Shown here piece after piece: positions 8,121-17,982 of a stretch of 64,000 nucleotides of DNA (its first letter is position 1; each line of letters opens with the position of its first letter). The notes beneath the pieces are model-generated. The model worked only from the letters and a program-made list of their open reading frames with translations, had not been told where the DNA came from and searched no databases. This DNA comes from Candidatus Omnitrophota bacterium (lineage in GTDB: Bacteria > Omnitrophota > Gorgyraeia > Zapsychrales > Zapsychraceae): NCBI GenBank assembly GCA_018062515.1, contig JAGOSC010000005.1, forward strand, positions 880-64,879, in the 5' to 3' direction. The translations under genes were made by a program, and so were the position numbers.

Positions 8121-9689
8121 ATGCAACGATTTATCATTTATGACACGACATTACGCGACGGCAGTCAAACCGAGGGTGTCAGTTATACGGTAAGCGACAA
8201 AATCAAGATCACCCACAAACTCGACGAGCTGGGCGTGCATTATATCGAAGGCGGTTGGCCGGGTTCTAATCCAAAGGACCAGGAATATTTCGCGCATTTT
8301 AAGGGCAAGAAATTAAAAAGCGCCGTTATTACCGCGTTTGGTTCGACTCGACGGGCTAAATCACCGACGGCAAAAGACGCGAATATCCGCGCACTCATTC
8401 AATCCGGAGCCAAGACCATTTGTATTTTCGGTAAATCGTGGGATTTGCATGTGACCGATGTCATCAAAACAACACTCGAAGAAAATCTAAGCATGATTTA
8501 TGATTCGGTTCAATATCTTAAAAAACAAAAGAAAGAAGTCTTCTACGACGCTGAACATTTTTTTGACGGGTTTAAAAATAATCCGGAATACGCGCTTAAG
8601 GCCGTCTTAACCGCCCAGAAAGCAGGGGCCGATTGTATTATTTTCTGCGATACCAATGGCGGAACCCTTCCAAGTGAAGTTTATAAAATCATCAGCGAAA
8701 TCAAACATCACTTTGATATCCCTTTGGGTATCCATTGCCATCATGATATGGAATTAGGTGTAGCGAATTCAATTGCAGCCGTCGAGGCTGGATGTAAACA
8801 AATTCAAGGAACATTTAATGGTTTAGGCGAACGTTGTGGAAACGCGAATCTTGCGACAATCATCGGCATTTTGCAAACAAAAATGAAATTCGAATGTTTA
8901 CCCAAAGCTAATTTAAACAAGTTAATGGACACTTGTTATTTTATCAGTGAAATCTCGAACAATCTTATTCCGAACAATGCCGCGTTTGTCGGTCATTCAG
9001 CATTCGCGCATAAAGGTGGCGTGCATATTGATGCCATGATGAAAAATCCGCTCGCGTATGAGCATATTGATCCTAAGCTCGTTGGAAATCACAGCCGATT
9101 TATCACATCGGAACTCGCCGGAAAAATGCCGATTGTTAAAAAAGCTGAACAGATGAATGTTGTACTCGATAAAAAGTCCCCTCAAACGAAAAAATTGATG
9201 AAACAACTGCAAGATAAAGAACACAGTGGTTATCAATTTGAAGCGGCGGATGCATCTTTTGAACTGTTTTTGAAACGCCAATTGAAAAAATATAAACCAT
9301 TTTTTATCCTCGAAGGTTTCCGAACCTATTCTGAAAAACGTCAGGATGGACGAGTGTTTGCGGAAGCGACTGTACGCTTAAGTGTTGACGGTCAGGAAAA
9401 GTACGCGGCCGTTGAAGGCGATGGCCCCGTCGACGCATTGGATAAGGCTTTACGGCAAGCATTAAATCCTTTTTATCCCAAGCTCCAGGAAATGCGTTTG
9501 TCTGATTATAAAGTCCGGGTGTTAGATACTAAAGAAGGAACGGGCGCTAAGGTGCGGGTCTTAATCGAAACACATGATGAACATGATTCTTGGACCACCG
9601 TCGGAGTTCATGAAAATATCATTGAAGCCTCGTGGGAAGCCTTAACCGATGCAATCGAATATAAATTATTAAAAGACCAAAAGAAATAG
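8121..9689 (+). CDS. cimA: Citramalate synthase / 2-isopropylmalate synthase family (CimA-type)
   Basis: IYDTTLRDGSQTEGVSYTV, HYIEGGWPGSNPKD, HCHHDMELGVANS. The ~520-aa length with a LeuA-dimer-like C-terminus fits the CimA subgroup. Confidence 0.8.
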   Translation: MQRFIIYDTTLRDGSQTEGVSYTVSDKIKITHKLDELGVHYIEGGWPGSNPKDQEYFAHFKGKKLKSAVITAFGSTRRAKSPTAKDANIRALIQSGAKTICIFGKSWDLHVTDVIKTTLEENLSMIYDSVQYLKKQKKEVFYDAEHFFDGFKNNPEYALKAVLTAQKAGADCIIFCDTNGGTLPSEVYKIISEIKHHFDIPLGIHCHHDMELGVANSIAAVEAGCKQIQGTFNGLGERCGNANLATIIGILQTKMKFECLPKANLNKLMDTCYFISEISNNLIPNNAAFVGHSAFAHKGGVHIDAMMKNPLAYEHIDPKLVGNHSRFITSELAGKMPIVKKAEQMNVVLDKKSPQTKKLMKQLQDKEHSGYQFEAADASFELFLKRQLKKYKPFFILEGFRTYSEKRQDGRVFAEATVRLSVDGQEKYAAVEGDGPVDALDKALRQALNPFYPKLQEMRLSDYKVRVLDTKEGTGAKVRVLIETHDEHDSWTTVGVHENIIEASWEALTDAIEYKLLKDQKK

Positions 9690-9698
9690 AAAAATAAC

Positions 9699-9793
9699 TA
9701 AGTGGTAAGTGGTAAGTGGTAGGTGATAAGTGATATGAAATTTTACTAACCACTCACTGATGACTTACCACATATCACTTACCACTTATCACT
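9699..9793. repeat. AAGTGGT heptamer-based hairpin between cimA and valS
   Basis: (AAGTGGT)x3 then AGGTGATAAGTGATATG at 9700-9737. The reverse complement of 9771-9793 matches 9715-9737 at 20 of 23 positions (33-nt loop). Alternative 12-bp perfect pairing: 9700-9711 with 9776-9787. Confidence 0.8.
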
Positions 9794-9798
9794 CTAAT

Positions 9799-12408
9799 AT
9801 GGAACTAGATAAACGTTTTGATTTTAAAACTGTTGATGCCAAGTGGACGGCTTACTGGGAAAAGAATAATTGTTTTCACGCCACACCCAGCGATAAGAAG
9901 CCTTATGTCATCACCATCCCGCCCCCGAATGTTACCGGTATTCTTCACATGGGACACGCACTCAATAATACTTTGCAAGACATTCTCATCCGTTACAAAC
10001 GCATGCAAGGTTTTGAAACCTGCTGGATGCCGGGAACGGACCATGCTGGGATCGCCACGCAAAACGTCGTCGAGAAACAGTTAGCCAAAGAAGGGACTAA
10101 CCGTCATGCGGTCGGGCGGGAAAAACTTCTGCAACGCTTGTGGGAATGGAAACAGCAGTATGGGGACACCATCATCAATCAACTTAAAGCTATTGGCGCG
10201 TCCTGCGATTGGCCCCGCGCCGCCTTCACGATGGATGAACAATACAGCGAAGCCGTTAAAAAAGTTTTTATTGAGCTTTACAAAAAAGATCTCATTTATC
10301 AAGGCGAGCGAATTATCAATTGGTGCCCGCGTTGCCGCACCGCTTTATCTGATGAAGAAAGCGAACACGAAGAAAAACAGGGCACGTTAACGCATATCAA
10401 ATATCCGCTTAAAGATGATCCAAATCAATTTATTACGGTAGCGACCACCCGTCCTGAAACCATGTTAGGAGATACCGCCGTCGCTGTTCATCCGAATGAT
10501 GAACGCTACAAAAACCTTCATGGTAAAACACTTATTTTACCTATATTACGTCGAGAAATTCCTATTATTACCGATGAATTCGTGGATCCGACATTCGGCA
10601 GCGGAGCTGTCAAAGTAACGCCAGCGCATGATCCCAATGACTTTGATATGGGACGTCGCCATAATCTTAAATTTATCCGTGTCATGAATGAAGATGGAAC
10701 AATGAATGAACAAGCCGGCCCTTTTGCTGGTCAAGACCGTTTTGTCGCCCGCAAAGGTGTCCTCGAAGCTCTTAAAAATGAAGGCGTGTTTGTGAAACAA
10801 GAAGACCACACACATTCAGTCGGGCATTGTTATCGATGTCACTCAATCGTTGAACCTTATTTATCCAAACAATGGTTTGTCCGTATGGAACCGTTGGCTC
10901 GTCCAGCCATTGAAGCTGTCCGTTCCGGAGAAATAAAATTTCATCCCGCGCGTTGGGAAAAAGTCTACATGAACTGGATGGAAAATATCCGGGACTGGTG
11001 TATTTCTCGTCAGATTTGGTGGGGCCATCGCATTCCAGTTTGGTACGATGAACAAGGCAATCCTTATGCGGCGAATAATGAAGAAGAAGCGATCAAACTT
11101 TCCGGAAAGAAAAATTTACGCCAAGATGAAGATGTTCTCGATACCTGGTTCTCGTCGTGGTTATGGCCATTTGCCACGTTTGGTTATCCCAACAAAAATA
11201 AAGATTTGGAATTTTTTTATCCAGGCGATGCGCTTTTTACCGCCTCAGAAATTATCTTTTTTTGGGTGGCGCGTATGATCATGGCCGGATATGAATTCAT
11301 GGGCGATTTACCATTTAAAGACGTTTTCATTCATGGAACCGTGCGCGATGCACAAGGTCGTAAAATGAGCAAATCGCTAGGCAATGCCATTGATCCTCTG
11401 GAAATCGTCGACGAATATGGCGCCGATGCTTTAAGATTTTCTTTGATTCATAATTCCGGGCAAGACTTGTATATATCCAAAGATAATTTTGAGGTAGGAC
11501 GAAACTTTGCGAATAAAATTTGGAATGCTTCACGCCTTATATTAATGAATGTAGAATCCCGCGAATCCAAAAACACGAGTTCACTTGTTCCTATCGATGG
11601 AGATTTGGCCAGCAAGTGGATCGTTTCCCGGTTTTATTCAACATTAAAAAATGTGGAGGAAGCCATCGAGAATTTTCGTTATTCCGAGGCTGAACATTTG
11701 ATTTATGAATTCTTCTGGACGAATTTATGTGATTGGTATTTCGAAATTATTAAAAGTCAAAATCGATGGAATGAACCAGCTGTACAAAGATTGGTAGTAC
11801 AAATTCTCGAAGAATCCTTAAAGATGATGCATCCGTTTATTCCCTTTGTCACCGAGGAGATTTGGGAACATTTAAACAAAGAAAAAGGGCCACTATGCCT
11901 TCAAGATTGGCCTAAAGTTAATCAACAATTCATCAATGCTGAAATTGAGTCAGACATGCAGCAATATATCATGAACACGACTATTGCTATACGTGATATC
12001 CGAGCCACGCGGAATATTCCTCTCAAAAAAAATATACCCGTTAGCTATGATGGAGAGACCGAAGACATTGAACGTTTTCTGAAAAACCAAGATATTGTCA
12101 CATCCCTTACAAACTCTACAGTAAGTCTGGGACGAATAGTAACGGTTAACTGTGCTACTGCAATCGTCGGTAAAATCACATTGACCGTTCCCTTGGAAAA
12201 TCTTATCGACAATGAGGCCGAAAAAAATCGCATCCAAAAACAAATGGACACAGCGACAAAAAGTTATGATTCGTTGAAAAACCGACTCTCCAATGAAAGC
12301 TTTCTCGCTAAAGCCCCCGAAGATGTAGTCAAGAAAGAACAAGAGCGCTTAAAGACGTTAGAACATGAAATTACTGAATTTCAAAACGTTTTAAAAAACT
12401 TGAAATAG
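9799..12408 (+). CDS. valS: Valyl-tRNA synthetase
   Basis: PPPNVTGILHMGHA (HIGH), KMSKSLGN (KMSKS), an editing-domain insertion and a C-terminal coiled coil. I chose the start at ATG 9799 (MELDKRFDF...) because the 13 extra codons from 9760 simply translate the hairpin repeat. Confidence 0.93.
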   Translation: MELDKRFDFKTVDAKWTAYWEKNNCFHATPSDKKPYVITIPPPNVTGILHMGHALNNTLQDILIRYKRMQGFETCWMPGTDHAGIATQNVVEKQLAKEGTNRHAVGREKLLQRLWEWKQQYGDTIINQLKAIGASCDWPRAAFTMDEQYSEAVKKVFIELYKKDLIYQGERIINWCPRCRTALSDEESEHEEKQGTLTHIKYPLKDDPNQFITVATTRPETMLGDTAVAVHPNDERYKNLHGKTLILPILRREIPIITDEFVDPTFGSGAVKVTPAHDPNDFDMGRRHNLKFIRVMNEDGTMNEQAGPFAGQDRFVARKGVLEALKNEGVFVKQEDHTHSVGHCYRCHSIVEPYLSKQWFVRMEPLARPAIEAVRSGEIKFHPARWEKVYMNWMENIRDWCISRQIWWGHRIPVWYDEQGNPYAANNEEEAIKLSGKKNLRQDEDVLDTWFSSWLWPFATFGYPNKNKDLEFFYPGDALFTASEIIFFWVARMIMAGYEFMGDLPFKDVFIHGTVRDAQGRKMSKSLGNAIDPLEIVDEYGADALRFSLIHNSGQDLYISKDNFEVGRNFANKIWNASRLILMNVESRESKNTSSLVPIDGDLASKWIVSRFYSTLKNVEEAIENFRYSEAEHLIYEFFWTNLCDWYFEIIKSQNRWNEPAVQRLVVQILEESLKMMHPFIPFVTEEIWEHLNKEKGPLCLQDWPKVNQQFINAEIESDMQQYIMNTTIAIRDIRATRNIPLKKNIPVSYDGETEDIERFLKNQDIVTSLTNSTVSLGRIVTVNCATAIVGKITLTVPLENLIDNEAEKNRIQKQMDTATKSYDSLKNRLSNESFLAKAPEDVVKKEQERLKTLEHEITEFQNVLKNLK

Positions 12409-12413
12409 TCTCT

Positions 12414-13196
12414 ATGGAATACTTGATCGTATGCTTAGCATCACTCCTCGCCTCGGGATTAACATTATTTTCCGGGTTTGGTTTAGGGACTATTCTTACG
12501 CCGGTATTCGCCATATTCTTTCCCGTTCCCGTCGCTATTGCCGCCACCGCCGTTGTCCATTTAGCCAATAATATTTTTAAATTATTTTTAGTCGGCCAGA
12601 ACTCAAATAAAAAAATCCTAATCCGTTTTGGCATACCCGCCGTCGTTGCCGCCTTTTTGGGGGCATTTCTTCTCAAGTATGTGAGCGCTTTTCCTGTTCT
12701 TTGGTCTTATTCCATAGCTGAACACAGACATGAAATTACGCTCGTTAAATTAATCATTGGATTTGTTATTATTCTTTTTTCTGCCCTTGAACTTAACCCG
12801 CATTTCCAAAAAAAATCGATCGACGAAAAGTATATGCCGATCGGCGGAATATTATCCGGTTTCTTTGGCGGCCTGTCTGGTCATCAAGGCGCGCTAAGAT
12901 CTATGTTTTTAATTCGCGCCGGGCTTAGCAAAGAAGAGTTTATTGGGACCAACGTGGCATTAGCCATCATGGTCGATATGGGAAGACTTATCGTCTATGG
13001 AATGGGGTTTTATTCCTCAAAATTTTTAGCGATGGACGATATAAAGGGCCTGGTGTTGGCTGCTACTTTTTTCGCCTTCATCGGCGCGTATATCGGAATG
13101 AAATTCTTTAAAAAGGTGACTTTAACTGTTATACAAAATCTCGTCGGAATTATGCTGATTTTTCTTGGGTTGGGATTAAGCACTGGCCTGTTATAA
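12414..13196 (+). CDS. TauE/SafE (TSUP) family membrane transporter
   Basis: Polytopic hydrophobic protein with the duplicated glycine-rich motifs FSGFGLGTILTP and LSGFFGGLSGHQGAL, which are typical of TSUP. Confidence 0.65.
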   Translation: MEYLIVCLASLLASGLTLFSGFGLGTILTPVFAIFFPVPVAIAATAVVHLANNIFKLFLVGQNSNKKILIRFGIPAVVAAFLGAFLLKYVSAFPVLWSYSIAEHRHEITLVKLIIGFVIILFSALELNPHFQKKSIDEKYMPIGGILSGFFGGLSGHQGALRSMFLIRAGLSKEEFIGTNVALAIMVDMGRLIVYGMGFYSSKFLAMDDIKGLVLAATFFAFIGAYIGMKFFKKVTLTVIQNLVGIMLIFLGLGLSTGLL

Positions 13197-13214
13197 TAAA
13201 ACCCGGAGGTGGTG

Positions 13215-13622
13215 ATGATAAAACATTTTTTTATTCTGTCATTTTTATTTCTTTTTTCCTCAACAGCTCAGGCTGAACCACAAACCTATGGAGCATTTGA
13301 TCTACACCTTGAATCTTCTAAAAAAGCATTTGCCGTAGAGGAAAATTTAAATATCAAAATAGTTATCTCACACTCGTATCCAGCTGCCTTGCCAGGAACA
13401 TTTAAGGTCGAGCTTTTTCATGATGGAATTAAGTGGTCGGAAAATTTAATTAATCTCGAGGCCATTTTGCCCGGAGAAAATGATTTTACTCTTAAAGAAT
13501 TTAATATTCAGCCATTTAATCGCGACAATTCCAGCGTCGGAAACTGGCGCATCCGTATTTTTCCTATAACGGATGAAAAAAAAGCGCAAGAGATACGGAT
13601 AACCATTCATCCACAAAATTAA
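13215..13622 (+). CDS. Small secreted hypothetical protein
   Basis: GGAGG lies upstream of ATG 13215. The leader MIKHFFILSFLFLFSSTAQA|EP looks like a signal peptide. No recognisable domain. Confidence 0.5.
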   Translation: MIKHFFILSFLFLFSSTAQAEPQTYGAFDLHLESSKKAFAVEENLNIKIVISHSYPAALPGTFKVELFHDGIKWSENLINLEAILPGENDFTLKEFNIQPFNRDNSSVGNWRIRIFPITDEKKAQEIRITIHPQN

Positions 13623-13646
13623 TTGTTTTTTAAAAATGATTTGCGT

Positions 13647-13720
13647 GCGGGTGTAATTCAGTGGCAGAATGTAAGCTTCCCAAGCTTAATACGACGGTTC
13701 GATTCCGTTCACCCGCTCCA
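13647..13720 (+). tRNA. tRNA-Gly (anticodon CCC), CCA encoded
   Basis: Acceptor GCGGGTG/CACCCGC; D stem ATTC/GAAT; anticodon stem TAAGC/GCTTA with loop TTCCCAA; T stem GACGG/CCGTT with loop TTCGATT; then T-CCA. Confidence 0.85.
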
Positions 13721-13751
13721 TTAACAAATGTAAATCAACCGAAGGAGAGAT

Positions 13752-14213
13752 ATGTATAATTTGACTTTATTCGTTCATTCATGGTTACGCTGGGTGATTG
13801 TTATTTTATTAATTCTTTTAGCGGTTAAGTCATGGAGAGGATGGCGGAGTAATAGCACGTATACGAAATCAGATAATATTCTTCGCTTAGTCACCGTTTT
13901 AGTTTTTGATCTGCAAGCTCTCGTGGGAATTTATCTGTATTTTTTTCTCAGTCCCGTCGTGAAAGCGGCTTTTGAACCGAACAGTCATTTCATGAAAGAT
14001 TCACAATTAAGATTTTATGCGGTCGAACATATATTTTTGATGACCATAGCTTTGGTTATTTTGCATGTCGGGAACTTCTTGTCTAAAAAGGCACTGCAAC
14101 CACAACAAAAATTCAAAAGGATGGCGATAACCATTGCCTTGATTTTAATTTCCGTTTTAATATCGATTCCATGGCCGGGCCTGCCATATGGACGTCCGTT
14201 ATTACGATTCTAA
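13752..14213 (+). CDS. Hypothetical integral membrane protein (4 predicted TM segments)
   Basis: GGAGAG lies upstream of the ATG. Four hydrophobic stretches; no family recognised. Confidence 0.45.
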   Translation: MYNLTLFVHSWLRWVIVILLILLAVKSWRGWRSNSTYTKSDNILRLVTVLVFDLQALVGIYLYFFLSPVVKAAFEPNSHFMKDSQLRFYAVEHIFLMTIALVILHVGNFLSKKALQPQQKFKRMAITIALILISVLISIPWPGLPYGRPLLRF

Positions 14214-15388
14214 ACAAATTGAGCGGCGGCATGGCCTGACGACCAGGCCCATTGAAAATTATAACCTCCCAGATGGCCGGTCACATCCACCACTTCACCG
14301 ATAAAATAAAGACCTTTGACTTTATGCGATTCCATAGTCTTAGATGATAGTTCGTCGGTGTCAATACCACCGAGCGTTACTTCTGCTTTTGAATATCCTT
14401 CCGTCCCGGCTGGATAGATATCCCAACGATGTAAACGCTGCTCAATCTCGGTTAACTCTTTAACCGAATACTGATTCAATGGTTTATTATCTAAATACAA
14501 TTCACAAAAAACTTCAGTAAACCGCTTAGGAAGATGATTAGCGAGAAAATTTTTAAGAGTAATTCTTGATGAAGAGGATGATTTAAAAAGTTTATCTTTT
14601 TTATTAGGAAGAAGATCGACGAGAATGGGCTGGTTCTTATTCCAATAAGAGGAAATTTGCAGGACAGCCGGGCCGCTTAAACCACGGTGAGTAAAAAGTA
14701 AATTTTCTCTAAACCTTATTTCAGGCACGGAGACATCAGCGTCGAATGATAGGCCAGACAGTGCTGCGAAATGCGCTAAATCAGCTTTACTTAAAGTTAA
14801 AGGAACAAGGCCTGGTAGACGAGGGCGGAGCTTGATACCAAATTGATCCGCCAATTTATATCCAAAATCAGAAACACCCAAAGGGGGAATGGAAAGACCT
14901 CCGGTAGCAACGACGAGACTTTGACATAAAATACTTCCCTGATCCGTGTGAACTAAAAACTTATCCGTCTTAACAACTTCTTTAACACGTGTGTTTAATT
15001 GGATTTTAACCTTAACAGCCGCGCATTCTTTTAATAACATATCGATAATTTGCTGCGCGCTTTCATCACAAAAGAGTTGGCCAAGCTTTTTTTCATGAAA
15101 ACGGATATGATTTTTTTGTACGAGTTGAATAAAATCCTGCGGAGTATAACGAGAGAGGGCCGAACGAGCAAAATCTGAATTTCCGCTTAGATATTGTGCA
15201 GAACCGGCATAGACATTCGTAAAATTACAACGGCCGCCTCCGGAAATACGAATTTTTTTACCGACTTTGTCATTGTGTTCGAGAAGAAGAACCGATCGCC
15301 CGCGCTGCCCGGCTTGCATGGCACACATTAATCCAGCAGCACCAGCGCCGATAATCACGACATCATATTGTTTTTTTTGTTCAGACAT
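14210..15388 (-). CDS. HI0933/BaiN-family NAD(P)/FAD-dependent oxidoreductase
   Basis: YDVVIIGAGAAGLMCA dinucleotide-binding motif, ISGGGRCNFTN, and C-terminal GGYNFQWAWSSG. These are typical of the family. Confidence 0.8.
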   Translation of the reverse strand: MSEQKKQYDVVIIGAGAAGLMCAMQAGQRGRSVLLLEHNDKVGKKIRISGGGRCNFTNVYAGSAQYLSGNSDFARSALSRYTPQDFIQLVQKNHIRFHEKKLGQLFCDESAQQIIDMLLKECAAVKVKIQLNTRVKEVVKTDKFLVHTDQGSILCQSLVVATGGLSIPPLGVSDFGYKLADQFGIKLRPRLPGLVPLTLSKADLAHFAALSGLSFDADVSVPEIRFRENLLFTHRGLSGPAVLQISSYWNKNQPILVDLLPNKKDKLFKSSSSSRITLKNFLANHLPKRFTEVFCELYLDNKPLNQYSVKELTEIEQRLHRWDIYPAGTEGYSKAEVTLGGIDTDELSSKTMESHKVKGLYFIGEVVDVTGHLGGYNFQWAWSSGHAAAQFV

Positions 15389-15566
15389 AATTATCCTAAT
15401 AACCCGCGCTCATTGTAATCATTCACCTCAAAAGATCAATAAAAAATTAGCACCAATTCCACCTAATAAAACATTTGATATGTTTATATAACAAAAATAA
15501 ACTTTGTAGTAAAATTTTTATATGTTGATTTTATTTAATTAATTATTATTTTATTTTTCGAAACTT

Positions 15567-17228
15567 ATGACCGTTCATTATAAACCTTCGATCATTTTAC
15601 TCAGCATTATTGTCCTGGCCGCTTTTGCCATCCGGATCTCCTATCTAAACGCACTCAAAACCCATCCGCTCCCGATTCTTGCCAATCACGCGGATGAATT
15701 TGACCAATCACGCTTTATGAATCTTGCTGATAAAATAAGCGCGGGAAAATGGGAAGAGGCAGGTAAATCATTTTTCTCACCCGTCTATTCGATCTTAATA
15801 AGTCTGATTTTTTATTTCTTTGGCCACGATTTTTATAATGTATTTCTTTTTCAAAGCATCATCGCTTGTCTATCGATCATTACGGTTTATAAAACCGCGG
15901 AATTAGTATACAACAATCCGAGGATAGGCATTATTGCCGCATTCCTCATGGCTTTCTACGGGCCACTGATTTATCATGACAGTAAAATTGAGCGAGGCGC
16001 TTTAATCGCTTATTTAAATCTAACAAGCTTTTATTTCCTGGTAAAATTTCTCCAATTTAAAAATAAAATTTTTTTAGTTCTTTCCGGATTTGTGACGGGA
16101 TTATCCTTCATTATGAGAGACAATTTTTTGCCTTTTGTGGTTTTACCGTATCTTTTTATTAACGTGGATAAAAATTTTAAGGATAGAATTCTTTCTTGCG
16201 TACTTTTTTTATCAATTTTAGCTATTCCGATCGGATCCTTAATTATATTGCAAAAAACCTCTGAAAATAAAGGGATATTCACGACTCAAGGTTCTTCAGT
16301 TTTTTGGATTGGAAATACTCCGGATGCGATGGGAATCGGCCTTTACCGGTCACCGATACGGGAAGTTTATGATCAAAAAACCGAAGGAAAAGCATTAAAA
16401 ACCATCGGTCTTTTTTTAAATGAAGTTGTACATAATCCTTCGGTCTATTCAAGATTATATTGGCGTAAAATTCAAATGTATTTCAATGGTTATGAAATTC
16501 CCGGCAATTTAAGCTTTGACCTTTTCCGTGAAGATATAAAAATACTTCGTATAGGATTTGTTACTTTTACTTTTATTTGCCCTTTAGCACTTATGGCGAT
16601 GTTGATTGGCTGGAAAAAATTTGCTTATCATCGGCTTTTGGTTCTGTTCACGTTCGTTTTAAGCATGTCGGTCATTGCTTTTCATATTCAGGGACGTTAC
16701 CGTATTCCTTCCATACCATTTTTTATTTTATTAGCTGCTTTTACGATTGAATGGTTTATTCAAAAACTCGGCAATAAACAAACACTGAAGCTTATAATTG
16801 GAAGCGTAGTGTTCCTTTTATTGTTTAATTTCTGTTCTCCCAATGAGAGGATTATAAAAACATACTTCGGGGATAAAGTACGTCCGCTTGATTACGTTAA
16901 TACCGCCATTGCCTATCATTATTTACTTTTAACATATCCAGAGCGGTATCCATCTTCCCAAAAAGCAATCATTTATCAAAAAGTGATTGAATATTTTTCG
17001 AAGGCAATCGAAAGCACCCCCGGTACAGCAAAAAACTTTCGAACGGATCTTTATATCAATAAAGGATTGTTTGAAAAGTTGACCGGCCAAGAAAATGCCG
17101 CCGAAAAATCTTTTCAGGAAGCCTTGAGCCTTAATAAAGGAAAAGAAGACACGATATGGACAAATATCAAGGAAAGATGGCGCGTGTTATCCATTAGCCC
17201 TCAAGACACACAATACGTATATTTTTAA
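15567..17228 (+). CDS. GT-C-type (ArnT/PMT-like) membrane glycosyltransferase with C-terminal TPR-like region
   Basis: About 11 hydrophobic segments followed by a soluble helical-repeat tail (..AIESTPGTAKNFRTDLYINKGLFEKLTGQENAAEKSFQEALSLN). The architecture fits, but I could not verify catalytic motifs. Confidence 0.45.
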   Translation: MTVHYKPSIILLSIIVLAAFAIRISYLNALKTHPLPILANHADEFDQSRFMNLADKISAGKWEEAGKSFFSPVYSILISLIFYFFGHDFYNVFLFQSIIACLSIITVYKTAELVYNNPRIGIIAAFLMAFYGPLIYHDSKIERGALIAYLNLTSFYFLVKFLQFKNKIFLVLSGFVTGLSFIMRDNFLPFVVLPYLFINVDKNFKDRILSCVLFLSILAIPIGSLIILQKTSENKGIFTTQGSSVFWIGNTPDAMGIGLYRSPIREVYDQKTEGKALKTIGLFLNEVVHNPSVYSRLYWRKIQMYFNGYEIPGNLSFDLFREDIKILRIGFVTFTFICPLALMAMLIGWKKFAYHRLLVLFTFVLSMSVIAFHIQGRYRIPSIPFFILLAAFTIEWFIQKLGNKQTLKLIIGSVVFLLLFNFCSPNERIIKTYFGDKVRPLDYVNTAIAYHYLLLTYPERYPSSQKAIIYQKVIEYFSKAIESTPGTAKNFRTDLYINKGLFEKLTGQENAAEKSFQEALSLNKGKEDTIWTNIKERWRVLSISPQDTQYVYF

Positions 17229-17355
17229 TAGAAAGATATGCCTACATATATAGGAAATTTTTAATACACATAAAAAATCAATGGAATAACCACCCCGGAT
17301 ATGTTGTAATGAAATTTAGTATTTCGAAACCTCCTCATAAAACGGCATATTCAAC

Positions 17356-17835
17356 ATGACAAATCTGTTCGACTTTATTCAATCAACCCTGTATGGAATT
17401 TTTCCACATCCGGATATTACCGGTTTTTATGGAAACAGCCATGTTATTTACTTTGTAATTTACACACAGATCGTTTTACTTACTTTACTCATCAGTTTCT
17501 TTAAACCCTTACAAAAATATTTTGATCCATTTTTAATCTGCTTCTATCACGGCTGGAGAAACTATTTCTTTTCCCTTTTTATTTTCTTTTTTCTTCTGAT
17601 TTCTTTTACTCAGATCAGCATGCATGTTCGGTATTTTTCAAACCGCTATACCCGCCTGGTCAGTTTTGGCCCAGGCTATTTTAATAATTCCACACGCATC
17701 AAAAATTTTGCAAATGGATGTCAGCAATTTTTTGGGAAAGAACGCTTAAAAGGAAAGCTGATCACTGATTTAGACATAACGGATGATCCCGGTATGATTA
17801 TGCATAAGAATTTGCGTACCAAGCTTACCCGGTGA
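17356..17835 (+). CDS. Hypothetical membrane protein
   Basis: ORF with 2-3 hydrophobic segments. No family recognised. Confidence 0.35.
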   Translation: MTNLFDFIQSTLYGIFPHPDITGFYGNSHVIYFVIYTQIVLLTLLISFFKPLQKYFDPFLICFYHGWRNYFFSLFIFFFLLISFTQISMHVRYFSNRYTRLVSFGPGYFNNSTRIKNFANGCQQFFGKERLKGKLITDLDITDDPGMIMHKNLRTKLTR

Positions 17836-17982
17836 TCAATATTCGTGCGCACAATCGGCAGGAACAACCGGATTGCCTCGTCTATTTTTATAAGCTTAAT
17901 GCCCAACAATTCATTCCAGATGGATACGAAATTAAGTATAAATTTGATGAAATAAACATGATCGCGATGAAAAAAGAATCCA

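Noticed and set aside
4863-9793. CRISPR array interpretation of the short repeats
   Set aside because: Repeat units are 7 nt, directly abutting or inverted, with no unique spacers of 25-40 nt. No cas genes occur in the window.
9760-9798. Upstream ATG at 9760 as the valS start
   Set aside because: The extra 13 codons (MTYHISLTTYHSN) are simply the translated 3' arm of the heptamer hairpin. ValRS homology begins at MELDKRFDF (9799).
9690-9798. T-box riboswitch upstream of valS
   Set aside because: The leader is only ~110 nt. It lacks a recognisable T-box consensus, specifier loop or terminator/antiterminator pair. Its structure is a simple repeat-based palindrome.
12371-12676. Minus-strand ORF 12371-12676
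   Set aside because: It is antisense to the valS end and the TauE gene start. Its translation is a mirror of a hydrophobic coding region.
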